DNA of 64,000 nucleotides, from assembly GCF_006345805.1 (NCBI RefSeq), contig NC_043002.1, positions 53,692,001-53,756,000 on the forward strand, read 5' to 3'. Below are positions 25,091-37,193 of the stretch, in pieces. Below the pieces are notes generated by a model. It made no database searches. It saw only the letters and a program-made list of their open reading frames with translations, and was not told where the DNA came from. A program made the translations under genes and the position numbers. Position 1 is the stretch's first letter; every line of letters begins with the position of its first letter. This DNA is from Octopus sinensis. Its lineage: Eukaryota.

Positions 25091-25857
25091 AGGGTCCATT
25101 GGCTACAGTAATTTTCTAAATAGACAAACCGATGAGAAAGCCTTTACAAAGTGGTCTGAAATCCTAGAATTAGCAGACTATTCCGCATCACTATTTCCTT
25201 TGACAGCGTAATAAAATTCCATGGTTATTTCCGAAATGATAACTATCACCAAGAAATAGAATTGATATTTTCTACTTATGCAATACTTTTTTCACTATCT
25301 CATGTAGATATCGTTTTCATACCCAACGCTAACTGTATTTGCTCCATAATTAGATATTTGCTGAAACATGCGGACAAAACAGTTAAGATAATTGCCGTTT
25401 ATAAAAAAGTGTCACTGGGGATGTCTTCGCTTCTTGAGAGGGTTTTTATTTCTTCCAAAAAACGTTAGGTAAAACTGTGTTCTGTAGTTACCAGTAATAA
25501 AACATTTGAGTGGATATATTCGCTTTCCGCGATCAATGGGTTAAAGGAAGGAAAAGCTACACAATGAAATGTCATCTTAAATATACTAACAAATCAAAAT
25601 TGATTTAAGTCATGAATGAGCGAGTATTAAACGAAAATATAATAATATGTTTCTGCAACTTTTCCCTCAAGCAAACGAGTAGCCCTTAGTTCGATTTCCT
25701 ACAAAAATATTCTCTGCAGCGTTAAGAAGTGAAAATATTAAATACTATGTATATAAAATTAGATACACTTCGAACTAAAGAAGATATTCAGGATTGGAAT
25801 ATTTTTAATCATAGCTGGATCTGCTGGATCGAAAGAACTAACCTTAAAAGGTAAAAA

Positions 25858-25862
25858 ACTAC

Positions 25863-25924
<62 letters not shown>

Positions 25925-25952
25925 GAACTACTACCACCACCACTTCCAAAAC

Positions 25953-25991
<39 letters not shown>

Positions 25992-26069
25992 CACCACCAC
26001 TGCCACCACCACAATTACTACTACTACTACTACACTACTACTACTACTACTACTATACTACTACTACTA

Positions 26070-26104
<35 letters not shown>

Positions 26105-26132
26105 GAACTACTACCACCACCACTTCCAAAAC

Positions 26133-26171
<39 letters not shown>

Positions 26172-26195
26172 CACCACCACTGCCACCACCACAAT

Positions 26196-26255
<60 letters not shown>

Positions 26256-26266
26256 ACCACCACTAC
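25858..26266. repeat. (ACT)n/(ACC)n tract containing a 180-bp tandem duplication
   Basis: actagaactactaccaccaccacttccaaaact...ccacaattacta occurs at 25921 and at 26101. Confidence 0.9.
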
Positions 26267-26604
26267 TGGACAGGGACAAATCTTAATACCAACCAAACAT
26301 ACCCGTGGTAATTCCATACTGTTTTACAGAAGACCTAAACTGGACGTGGTCAAAAAAAGGACAACATGGCAATGTCTCGGTCAAAGTCGCACATTTTTTG
26401 AACGCAGGATCAAGACTATCCGGGAGCTAATCAACAACAGCAACAACATAATTTTACACACACACACACACAAAGAAATACACACATATAAACACATAGA
26501 CGGACATATACACACATATACACATATGTACATGCGTGTTTGAATGCATTTATCAATTTAAAAACAATTTAAAATAAATCTTCATTTACCTACTTTTTGA
26601 CTTC

Positions 26605-26901
26605 CACTTGTTTCAATCAGAACACTGCGGTCATGGTTTGATGGGTTTTGTCGAATACATTGCGGGTTTTGATGGGTTTTGTCGAATAACACAGTGGTCA
26701 TGGTTTGATGGTCCCTTGGGTTTTGTCAAATATATTGAACCCGGTATTTATTTTGAAGCCTAACACTTATTCTAGCGGGTTTTTTTTTACCGCAGGTGAC
26801 ATAAACAAACAAATACCAGTTATCAGACGGTGGTGGGAGAAAAAAACAAACATACACGTTCACACACACACACACGTCCACACACACACACACACACATA
26901 C

Positions 26902-26935
<34 letters not shown>

Positions 26936-27120
26936 CACACACACACACACAAACAAACAAACAAACAGACAGACAAACACGCGCGCGCGACGGGTTTCTT
27001 TCGGTTTTTGTCTACCATGTCTTCTCACGGTTATTTGCTCGGTCTGGAGTTAAAGTAGAAGAAACTGCCCAAGGTGTCTCGCAGTGGGACTGAGCCCTAA
27101 ACTATATGGTTGGAGAGTGA
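26605..27120 (-). mobile_element. Family B SINE with slippage-triplicated tail segment
   Basis: cgcagtgggactgagccc is the head in reverse complement. Internal (CA)n, and three copies of tttgatgggttttgtc near the tail. Confidence 0.65.
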
Positions 27121-27859
27121 ATTTCTTATCATAGTCATACCTGTGCTCATACAATCTATGTTGAAAAGTACCACGATGTTGATGGTAGTGTTTATGACTG
27201 GAAGAGCACTTTGTCTGTGATCCGAAATACGCCATATAAAAATACAAGAAAACAGGATAGGACAACCACCGCCAAGCTGTCATTTTATTATAGGTTTGCT
27301 TGATCAGAGCTTGCCTAGACCGTCTAAAACTGGGTCCTTTCTTGGTTTTCATCCAGATTATTTCCTTACATTTCATTTATCACTATACGAGCGATTAGAA
27401 CATCGATGTCGAGATGATAATGATGATGGTTATGATGATAACGACGTCGAAGGACGTGATGGTAGTGGCGGTGGTGTTCGCAGCGGCGGCAGCGGTGTTT
27501 GTGTCCGTGACGGTGTTGTTGATGGTGTTGGTGTCAGTGATGAATATTTATTTTCTAATCAAATAGTCATTGATCGTTCATTTCCATGATTAATTAATCA
27601 TTGTCAAGGATGATGCTGTTGGTATTTCTCTACTTTCTGCTAATACTTCTAGTTTTATTAATTGCTCTGAACTAACCAGATGTATCCGTTTCACGTATAT
27701 CTGCTTGGGTTGACCAGTGGTAAAAAAGATAAATCATCAAAAATATTTTGACTACTTATATAATTGAAAATATTGAGGAGAAAAAATAGATTTCGAAAAT
27801 GCTAAAAGTACAAGTGAAGTTCTGCGATAGTTTTATTCAGCAATATCCTTTCTTGTAAA

Positions 27860-28340
27860 GGCGGCGAGCTGGCAGAAACGTTAGAACGCCGGGCGAAATA
27901 CTTAGCCGTATTTCGTCTGCCGTTACGTTCTGAGTTCAAATTCCGCCGAGGTCGACTTTGCCTTTCATCTTTTCGGTGTTGAAACATCAAGTACCAGTTA
28001 CGCACTGGGGTTGATGTAATCGACTTAATCCGTTTGTTTTTCCTCTCTGTGTTTAGCCCCTTGTGAGTAGTAAACAAATAGGTATTTCGTCTGCCGCTAC
28101 GTTCTGAGTTCAAATTCCGCGGATGTCGAATTTGCCTTTCATCTTTTCGGTGTCGATAAATCATGTACCTGTTACGCACCGGGGTCGATGTAATCGACTT
28201 AATCCATTTGTCTATCCATGTTTGTCCCCTCTGTGTGTAGCCCCTCGCGGGCAGTAACAAAATAGGTCGACTTTGCCTTTCAGTCTTTCGGAGTCGATAA
28301 ATTAAGTACCAGATGCGTACTGGGGTCGATATAATCCACT
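27860..28340 (+). mobile_element. Cluster of three tandem family A SINE segments
   Basis: aaggcggcgagctggcagaa head at 27858, then repeated gagttcaaattccgc and gtcgactttgcctttca blocks at ~27930, ~28105 and ~28265. Confidence 0.85.
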
Positions 28341-28512
28341 GGCACCCTGTCCCAAAAGCCTTTGTTTATAATTTCTCCGTATACTCCGTCGCCTTTTTGG
28401 TAAATGACAGAAACCCTGTCATAGTCGCTCACGTATTATATGATTCCTTTTGGAAAATTATTTCTTATAATATTACTTGTTGGAATTTTTTTGTTTAATG
28501 TTTTTAACAAAT

Positions 28513-28690
28513 AGGCGCAGGAGTGGCTGTGTGGTAAGTAGCTTGTTTACCAACCACATGGTTCCGGGTTCCGGGTTCAGTCCCACTGCGTGGCACCTTG
28601 GGCAAGTGTCTTCTTCTATAGCCTCGGGCCGACCAAAGCCTTGTGAGTGGATTTGGTAAACAGAAACTGAAAGAAGCCCGTCGTATATAT
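28513..28690 (+). mobile_element. Family B SINE 5' half (duplicate of the next copy)
   Basis: ggcgcaggagtggctgtgtggtaagtagc...gaaagaagcccgtcgtatatatg, identical to 28803 onward apart from the ttccgg stutter. Confidence 0.9.
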
Positions 28691-28700
28691 GTACATATAT

Positions 28701-28746
<46 letters not shown>

Positions 28747-28802
28747 ATAATATATACATATATATATATATATATTATATATATATATATATATACATAT
28801 AT

Positions 28803-28978
28803 AGGCGCAGGAGTGGCTGTGTGGTAAGTAGCTTGTTTACCAACCACATGGTTCCGGCTTCCGGTTCAGTCCCACTGCGTGGCACCTTGGGCAAGTGTCT
28901 TCTTCTATAGCCTCGGGCCGACCAAAGCCTTGTGAGTGGATTTGGTAAACAGAAACTGAAAGAAGCCCGTCGTATATA

Positions 28979-29063
<85 letters not shown>

Positions 29064-29320
29064 CATATATACGTGTGTGTGTGTGTATGTGTGTTTGTAT
29101 GTCTGTGTTTGTCCTCCTAGTATTGCGTGACAACCGATGCTGGTGTGTTTATGATGTCCCCCGTTACTTAGCGGTTCGGCAAAAAGAGACCGATAGAATA
29201 AGTACTGGGCTTACAAAAGAATACGTCTCGGGGTCGAGTTGATCGATTAAAGGCGGTGCTCCAGCATGGCCGCAGTCAACTGACTGAAACAAGTAAAAGA
29301 GTAAAGAGTAAAGAGTAAAT
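28803..29320 (+). mobile_element. Full-length family B tRNA-derived SINE with internal (AT)n/(GT)n
   Basis: A box tggctgtgtggt, B box ggttcagtcc, gcaccttgggcaagtgtctt body, tail ggcggtgctccagcatggccg-cagtc-aact-gactg-aaac, then (AAAGAGT)n. Confidence 0.9.
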
Positions 29321-30178
29321 ATAAAGCTTCAGAATTTTCCCGGAACCAATTCCATACATGGCTTCAGGGATATTTAGAGTGGTTTTAGAGACGCCTCAAT
29401 CTAAATGATATCGTCACCGACGGGCACCAAGAAAGCGTAGTACTTCCTCCTGTAGCACAGATTTGTCCCGAGTCTATCAGCAAGAGGTCTAAGCCATTAC
29501 TTCCCGATAATGGAGAGGAAGTAAAGAGTAGAAAAAAGAAGGTCAACTTTCAGAGACTTCAAGAATAGAAAGAACAAGATAAATGAGTCCAAACTAAAGC
29601 CATGAAATATCTTGGAAGTCTCCTAGAAAATGTAGTCTACTTTCTGGCCTGCTTGACCTCAAGGAAAGCGATAGGAATAGATTTCATAGTTTATTTTAAT
29701 GTTGAAAAATACGGGTAATTTCGGAGTCCTCCGTTCGCAGATGATTAAGTCAGTTGTTAGAGTAGTGTAGTCCTTTTGTAATATTTCCGGTGGTTTTCCT
29801 TTCTTCTGAGGATGGATGCCCTTAATTAATATTTAACCTGCTTTACTACACATTAAGGCTTTGACTTACCCTAATATATATGCCTGCGTGCGTGAACATG
29901 TGCCTGCGTGTGTGTGTGGATGTGTGGATGTGTGGTGTAATTCCTTTAGTATGATGCGTTTAGTATTCAAACTACGTACACGCGTGACCAATAAAGAAAA
30001 TGTTACTACAAAACAACCACTACTTCTTTTACTATGCGCATTTCGGTTGTTTTATATTTCTGGTAAAAGCGTAGGTTTAACATTTATGCCATAGTTTAGA
30101 TTCAGAGGAGAACGAACGAAACAGAATTGTAAACTATCGCTACAACTTAACTGATCGAGGTATTACTCTTACTGTAAT

Positions 30179-31349
30179 TATTTACTGCAAAGTAGACTTA
30201 GCCATTGAACCTTAAATATATTCCCTGCAGATACAGCTTCAGTGCTGTGAAAATGATGCAAACAAACGACCTTTTGTCTGACAATCCAATAAATAACAAG
30301 CTGCGATTCTCATTTTAGTGGATATTCTTGATTGGAATATGCCACTGTTGATTGATGAAAAGATTTATCTGTTAAATATCGTTTTTTCTTTTTTACAGAA
30401 TTTGCGTTGTTGATAAAGGCTATAGACGAAAATTCAATTGATACAAATTATAGTATCAATAACAACGTTAACGATTGCAATTTAAATAAAATCGAACATA
30501 CAAGCTTTCTTGTCTCCTCTTGCAATAAATAGCTGTAAAATTAATTTTAGAATTCACCCTTCTTTTTTTATATATATTATATCTGTAGGTGTCGGGAGTC
30601 ATGGACCATTACCCCTTCCTGTCCTGCAGCTAGTCGGTTGCTTTTCCTGTAGCCAGCTAGTAAAGGTATTGATCCTCTTCTCTTCATGAGTTCTTCAGCT
30701 ACCGCTCCCTTCCAGTATTATAGTTGTCAGCGAGCATTCAATGCATAGTTTGCCCTTCTAACGTCCACTAAACTTAGTTTGTTGCCTCTTTACATTGTTA
30801 AGAAGATTGTTGGTCTAAGGACTTCGACATTCGGTACCCTATCTGCATAATTTGTTCTCATATTTGTGTGAGGAACCATATCTTGCTAAACTTTTATAAT
30901 TTTCCTTTATATTTCAAGAACTACAGCCATATATGAAGACGGGCGCTATACATACTCATAGTTTTTTTCTAGTTTTTTTCGTCGCGTTTATTTTCAGACG
31001 ATTACTTGTGAATACACGATTCATTTCGCAAAAACGGCCTTTGCCTGACCAATCCTTGACTTCATATATTTAACAGTTTGCGATTCTCACCATACGTGCT
31101 TAAAAAAAGGAGGGGTTACTTTGGAAAATGTAGACTTATAAGCAGTATTTTTTCAAAGATAATGAAATAGTCATGGCTGAAATCTTTTAATAATAGTGAT
31201 ACTCTATAACATTATAATAACTAATTAAAATCAGCAACAACAAATTTTAATGAAAATAAAATATAAAAGTAAAAAGAGCCACGATGAGGCTGTATCTTGT
31301 AGGGAATATATTTAAGATTCAATGGCCAAGTCTACATTGCAGTAAATAA
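30179..31349. repeat. ~60-bp inverted repeat pair (30179-30237 / 31289-31349)
   Basis: tatttactgcaaagtagacttagccattgaaccttaaatatattccctgcagatacagc versus gctgtatcttgtagggaatatatttaagattcaatggccaagtctacattgcagtaaataa. Confidence 0.8.
30590..31075 (-). pseudogene. RTE-clade LINE C-terminal fragment, decayed
   Basis: KSRIGQAKAVF...APVFIYGCSS...WFLTQI*EQIMQIGYRMSK / YADRVPNVEVLRP match RTE ORF C-terminal motifs. Confidence 0.65.
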
Positions 31350-32173
31350 AAGTCATAAACATCCACAAAAATAAAGTAAACAACGATGACACCAGTGACA
31401 TTGAAGTCGACGAAAACAACAGTAACAACAAGTGAAAATAAAAGACTGCATGATTACTGTTGAAACGTTTATGAAAAATATGTGATTGTTCCAGACTTAC
31501 CTGGGGTTAAACAACAATAGTACCAATAACAATGGCAAGGACAAAACTAGGTCAAATCTCTGCAATGAAAAAACATGCCCCCAAACAAATAATTTGTTAT
31601 CACGTTTTGGATTCTCAAGAAAATAACCAAATTCTATTTGCTCTGTCCACGAAGGAGACCGTGCTAATACATTTGTTGAAGTATTGATGTACATATAAAT
31701 GGCGATAAGGCGTGACTGACTGTCGGCGCTAAGGCTTAAAAAGCAATCATAAAAATGTCCTTGCTAAAGCGCCTAGATTAAGTCAGCATTAAAAAGATAT
31801 AAAGCATTTCTCTACGAATGTAATGACATCGGTGTGAATAATTGATAGTTGCGGATCAAGCAACCGAGTTGTAGATTACCGATTAGAACTATCACTTTCC
31901 TATGTGCATGTTCCCATGTTTTGCGTTTATGCAAATGCAAGGCAGTTTATCTCCGTGTCTGCCTGCATAACGACCATTATAACAATTGTATGTACATATG
32001 TTCAGGCATATATAAATACATACAGGTGCATACAAAAATGCATATACATATACCTACATATTTATGTGCTCACAAACATCATCAGAGCACACTGCTTCTC
32101 GGTTTCCGGCACATAATGATGTCCATGGATGCAAATGAATAATTGCAAAATCATATATATGTACATGTCCATA

Positions 32174-32244
<71 letters not shown>

Positions 32245-32731
32245 TTCAAACATAGGTACATGCATATAAACACAACAACAGCAGAGAGAAGAACATTTTA
32301 CATACACACGAAAATACTTGAAACTTGCTTTTCGAATACATATAGATTTGTTACTTGATTCTTCCCCAATGTATTTGCGTGAAGCTAGTATTTTTCCCCC
32401 AGTGGATATGTCCATAGTAACCTACATAGATACAGATACTTTAAGAATATTAACATATTTACAGCAATATATTTACATATGTGTGTGCCTGCGCATACAC
32501 ATATGTGTGTGTGTGTGCTTGTGTATAAAGAGACAGCGGAGGGGGGGGAGAGAAAGAGGAAGAGACATGCATACATGCTTCATGCACATATATATGTGTA
32601 TATGTCTACTATTATGCGTTTGTGTATATATATATATATATATATAATATATATATATAATATATTATATATATATATAGGTAGATATATGTAGATGCAG
32701 AGATATATATATATGTATATTTGTATGTATG

Positions 32732-32870
<139 letters not shown>

Positions 32871-32943
32871 TATGTATGTATATGTGTGTGTATGGATGGA
32901 TTGAAACATCTTTGAGAGACCGTGTTTGCTGCTGTTGTTTAGC

Positions 32944-33173
32944 TAGGTGAGACAGAAACCTGTGTTCATTAGATCCTTCGAACAGGCGAGGTCATCAGCT
33001 TTCCCTTGCTGGTTCAAAAACCACAGTCTAGTTTCGGGCTATTCCCCCCTTATTAATGTGTATAAAGGGGAAAATACCACGAAACTAGACTGTGGTTGTT
33101 GAAACAGCAAAGGAAATATAATGACCTCTCTTGTTCGAAGGTTGTAATTGACACTGGTTTTATGTCTCACATA
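32944..33173. repeat. 230-bp imperfect hairpin (fold-back MITE-like)
   Basis: Arms pair throughout: gtgagac/gtctcac, cttcgaacag/ttgttcgaag, gaggtcat/atgacctc, aaccacagtctagtttcg/cgaaactagactgtggtt, ttcccc/ggggaa, with a short central loop. Confidence 0.85.
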
Positions 33174-33219
33174 CCACTTGGAACTAATCAACCACAGTAT
33201 TCGTCCTATTTTTCTGGGC

Positions 33220-33250
<31 letters not shown>

Positions 33251-33307
<57 letters not shown>

Positions 33308-33320
33308 TAATAGATAGATA
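33251..33320. repeat. (GATA)n tract at the 3' flank of the Tx1 element
   Basis: Direct reading. Confidence 0.95.
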
Positions 33321-33392
33321 TGTTTCTTTATTAGCCACACAGGGCTGCACACAGATAGAACAAACTACAAGGTAGAGCTTTTCTTTTGAAGG

Positions 33393-33426
<34 letters not shown>

Positions 33427-33725
33427 AAGGGGAGGTTCGATCAAAAGGGATCGTAAAAGGAGAGAAAGAGGACAAAAATAAGGGGGGTTAAAAAAAAAAA
33501 AAAAAAAAAGGGGGGGGAGAGGAAAAAAAAATGATCAATAGGGATCGTTATCACAGAAATGTTCAATATGAAGTGTAAAGGGGAGGACAGGTGAGGTTTA
33601 CCCGTGGAAAGAAAAGCCTGCGGAAAAGACCACGGTAACCTCGGTCAATGAAGTCACATTTTATATTTCTTTTTTTTTTTTTTTTTTTTTGCAAATAAGC
33701 AACTCTCTGTTTTCGATTTCTGGGT

Positions 33726-36700
33726 TCATAGGACTATGCTCAAGGTGGCTTCGTCATTCATACGTGCCATTCTTGCTACATTCACCCATCTTTTTTTAAA
33801 ACATTCGCTAGACAAAACTTGCCTCTCTACTCTCACTTTCCTTTTCAAGTGGTACTTGAAGAAGTTGATGAGAGATTGACCAGAGAGGAAAGTGTTTGTC
33901 TCCAATCCTTTCAGACGCGTCCACCAGATACATTCTTTCGCCATAGCCACAAGGATGATGAAAATAGCTCTTCCTTCCCGTTTGAAGGAAGGAGGCGTGA
34001 CAATATTGACGATAGACTCAGCTGATAAACCGACTCGTCCCACACGTGACAGCAGTTGTTCGACATAAGCCCACAGGTCGGAAATGTTGGACACTGAACG
34101 AGTGCGTGCAGAACGGTTTCGTCGCTCTGACCGCATCTCGGGCAGGTCGGCCCCGTGTTTCTCGAGCCGTGTCTGTAGAGCTTATCCCGAACGGGTAGCG
34201 CTTCTCGGTAGCACTGCCAGGCCAGGGATCTCTGGAAGTTGTCCATGGGCCCTGGCCCGAAAGTCGTCCCGAACAGGCGGGTCAGGTACTCCTCGTCGAC
34301 GTCCAGGTTCGCCCCGAGCTCGTCGTCGTACCTCCCCTCCACTAAACCCCTATAGAATGCTTTGGTTGTGTTGAAGTCACTTAAGGTCGACCCAGGACGG
34401 CAGAGTTGCTTGAGAGCAACGCGACACTCGCGGTGCCATTCGCCCTTCCTCGGCCTCTTTTTGATCCACGACTGCAGTTCGGTCATGGAGACGAGCTGCG
34501 GGAAAGCGTGCCTCACAAACGGCGACCACACCTGTTCACCGTCGTCTACATAGAGCCAGAGATGTCGCAGTCTCAGCGCGTGTCTGCGCATCATCAACCA
34601 CGGCATGCCCAGCCCTCCTTTTAACGGGTGTTGACAGCAAATGGATCGCCTGACCATCGGGACGCATCCTTTCCACAAGAAGCGAAAGAGGATGCGTTGT
34701 AGTTTGGTGATGGTAGGGTCGGGACAAGGTACGACGGTCAGGCGGTAGTAGATGACGGACGCGATGTACGTGTTCGCCACCTCCGCTCGACCTTTTAGGG
34801 ACAGTTTCCTCTCGGCCCATTGCCGGGCGAGAGTGACCACCCTACTCGTTATCTCGTTCCAGTTCTTCTCCACTTGGAGGTCCGGACCAAACCAGACCCC
34901 GAGCAACTCAACCGGGCCGTCGGTCCAGCGTCCCACGACGGAGGCGCTGGTGGACGGCATGGGCTTGCTTCTCCAGGTGCCTAGTCGCAAGCCCACTGAC
35001 TTTTCCCGGTTGATTTTCGCTCCTGTCACCGCTTCGTAGTTTTTCAGTGTCTCGCCGACCAGCTCGATATGCTCGTGGCTAGACACTATGACGGTGACGT
35101 CGTCCGCGTATGCAGACACGCTCGTCCCGCATCCCAATTCTCGCGGGATGCCCCTTAGAGTCGCCAGCTTCCGCAGTAGTGGCTCAAGAGTCAATACGTA
35201 TAGAAGCGCCGAGAGGGGGCATCCCTGACGGACCGAACGTGCAATGTCGAAAGGTCTCGATAGATGTCCATTTACGCGAATTACCGAACGGATGCCTCTG
35301 TACAAGGCAGCTATCCAGCCGCGGAAGACGGGACCGAAACCAGCCGCTCTCAGGACTGCCTCCAAGTATCGATGGTCTACCCTATCAAAGGCTTTTGATT
35401 GATCCAAGTTGATCAGGGCCCCACCCATGCCAGGTTCGTTAACTACCCTGTCTATGATGTAGCGCATCAGATGGAGGTTGTCATGGATGGTCCGGCCTGG
35501 CACGGCGCATGTTTGCGCCTTGTCGACCAGTTTCTCGATGACAAGCGCCAACCTCTTGGCTAGCACCTTGGCCAAAATTTTCAAGTCTGCATTAAGCAGA
35601 GTGATGGGCCTAAAGTTATCTATTACATTTCCCTTGTTTAGATCTTTCTTCAGCAGTGTTACGGCTCCTCGGCTCACAAAACCAGGAATGCTCCCGTTTT
35701 GCTGCCAGTTGCAGTACACCGCCGCCAAGAGATCTCCAAACAAGTCTGGCATACAATTGTAAAGCTCGTAGGGTAGACCATCCAAACCCGGTGATTTGTC
35801 CCTCGAGCATTCTGCCATCGCTTCCCGCACTTCCGCCGCCGTGATGCACCACCTTCGCAGCACCCTGCCTTTCTTGTCGAGAGTCGTGGTAGGCTATGTA
35901 GGTAGGCACTGAAGTCCACCCTACGTTCTTGCCCTCCACTCGTTCCGAACAGTCGGGCAAAATGCTGCTGAAAGGCCTCACACATTTACTTGGCTCGAGC
36001 AATTCGCGCCCCTGTTCATCTACCAGTGACCGAATGGTGGCTTTGTTGCCCTGTTGCGCCTCTGCCACCCGGGCCTCTCTCGCGGCTCCAACACCTTCGT
36101 TCCTTAGAGCACGCATCCTAGCTCTGACAGCACATCCTTCGTGTTTGGCGTTGAAGTGTTGGTCGAGGGCCAACCTCGCCGCCAAAACGTCGGATGCGAT
36201 GCCGCTTCTAATTGCCTCTTCTAGCTTCTAACTAGCTCACCCTCTACTCTATTTCTATCTATGGCTAGTGCTTTGCTGTACCTAATCGCTTCTGCTTTTA
36301 CTGCTCTCTTGAGGGCAAACCACCATTTGTTGTTGATGATGGCTCCCGTCAAAGCCCTCTTTACTAGTGTGCTAATCCGGTCTCTGAAAACTTGTCTCGA
36401 TGGGAAAGACGCGTTTAGTTTCCAGTATCCGGGACCCTGCCTAAGTGTCTTACCTAAGTCTAGCGTACATGTCACAAGTTTGTGATCCGTGTAGCTGACT
36501 ATGTGGAATTGTGGACATCCTATGCTATCTCTATCTACTGTCCTACACAGTATCCTATCTAGATACGATCTCGACGACCCGATGCGGTTGCTCCATGTCC
36601 ACGTTGGCGCATTCGGGTGGTCTAGTCGAAACCTGTCAGACAGTTGAAAGCGTCTGAGCAGGTCTCTGAGGCATTTGCATCCCCGTCTATTCCTATCTCT

Positions 36701-37162
36701 ACCCACGTAGTCTACATGCGTGTCCAAGGTAGCATTCCAATCCCCCACTAAGAGTAAAGGACGAGACGTTCCCAAGAAAACTTCTAGACGTTGAAAGAAA
36801 TCCGCCCGACCTGTTAAGGGCGGTGCGTAAACTGATACGAGCCGAAAAGCGCACCCATTGCTGCCGTCGACATCCAGGACGACCAGTCTACCCTCCGGGT
36901 CTACGAATATTGTCCTTACATTGAGATCCAGACTCTTGTGAAAAAGTACCGCGGTGCCACTACCGCCCATTCTCGGCAGACAGGGGGAAAAATAAATGTT
37001 GAACTGTCCGCCAAACATGGTCTTTAGGGCCCGCGGATTGTGGAGTCTGGTCTCGCTTATGGCTATGATTTCTAACTTATGTGACTTTATGTCATTTAAG
37101 AGGTACCCTTGTTTCCAAGGGGACCCCAAGCCACGCGCATTTACACAACCAATCTTGATCAT
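33726..37162 (-). CDS. Tx1 ORF2: AP endonuclease + reverse transcriptase + C-terminal zinc finger (~1146 aa after repairing four -1 frameshifts)
   Basis: NARGL...ISETRL, GDWNA, SYLDRI, SYTDH (APE); SPGLDGLP, FRPITLLN, DQSKAFDRV, SVRQGCPLS, YADD at 35099-35110 (RT); CPRCGQSDETVLHALVQC. Confidence 0.92.
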
Positions 37163-37193
37163 AGTTCTAATGAATTAGAATACAGAGGGTTAC

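Noticed and set aside
26620-26730. Three short direct repeats with spacers resembling a mini-CRISPR
   Set aside because: Slippage copies inside a SINE tail; eukaryotic context, irregular spacing, no cas genes.
28513-28590. tRNA-like heads of SINE families A, B and C as tRNA genes
   Set aside because: A and B boxes are present but the cloverleaf is broken and each continues into a SINE body.
29330-29690. Coding-looking stretch containing KYLGSLL
   Set aside because: A single short motif amid stops is not enough to assign a LINE fragment.
34084-36485. Plus-strand ORFs overlapping Tx1 ORF2
   Set aside because: Antisense shadows of a GC-rich coding region; no motifs.
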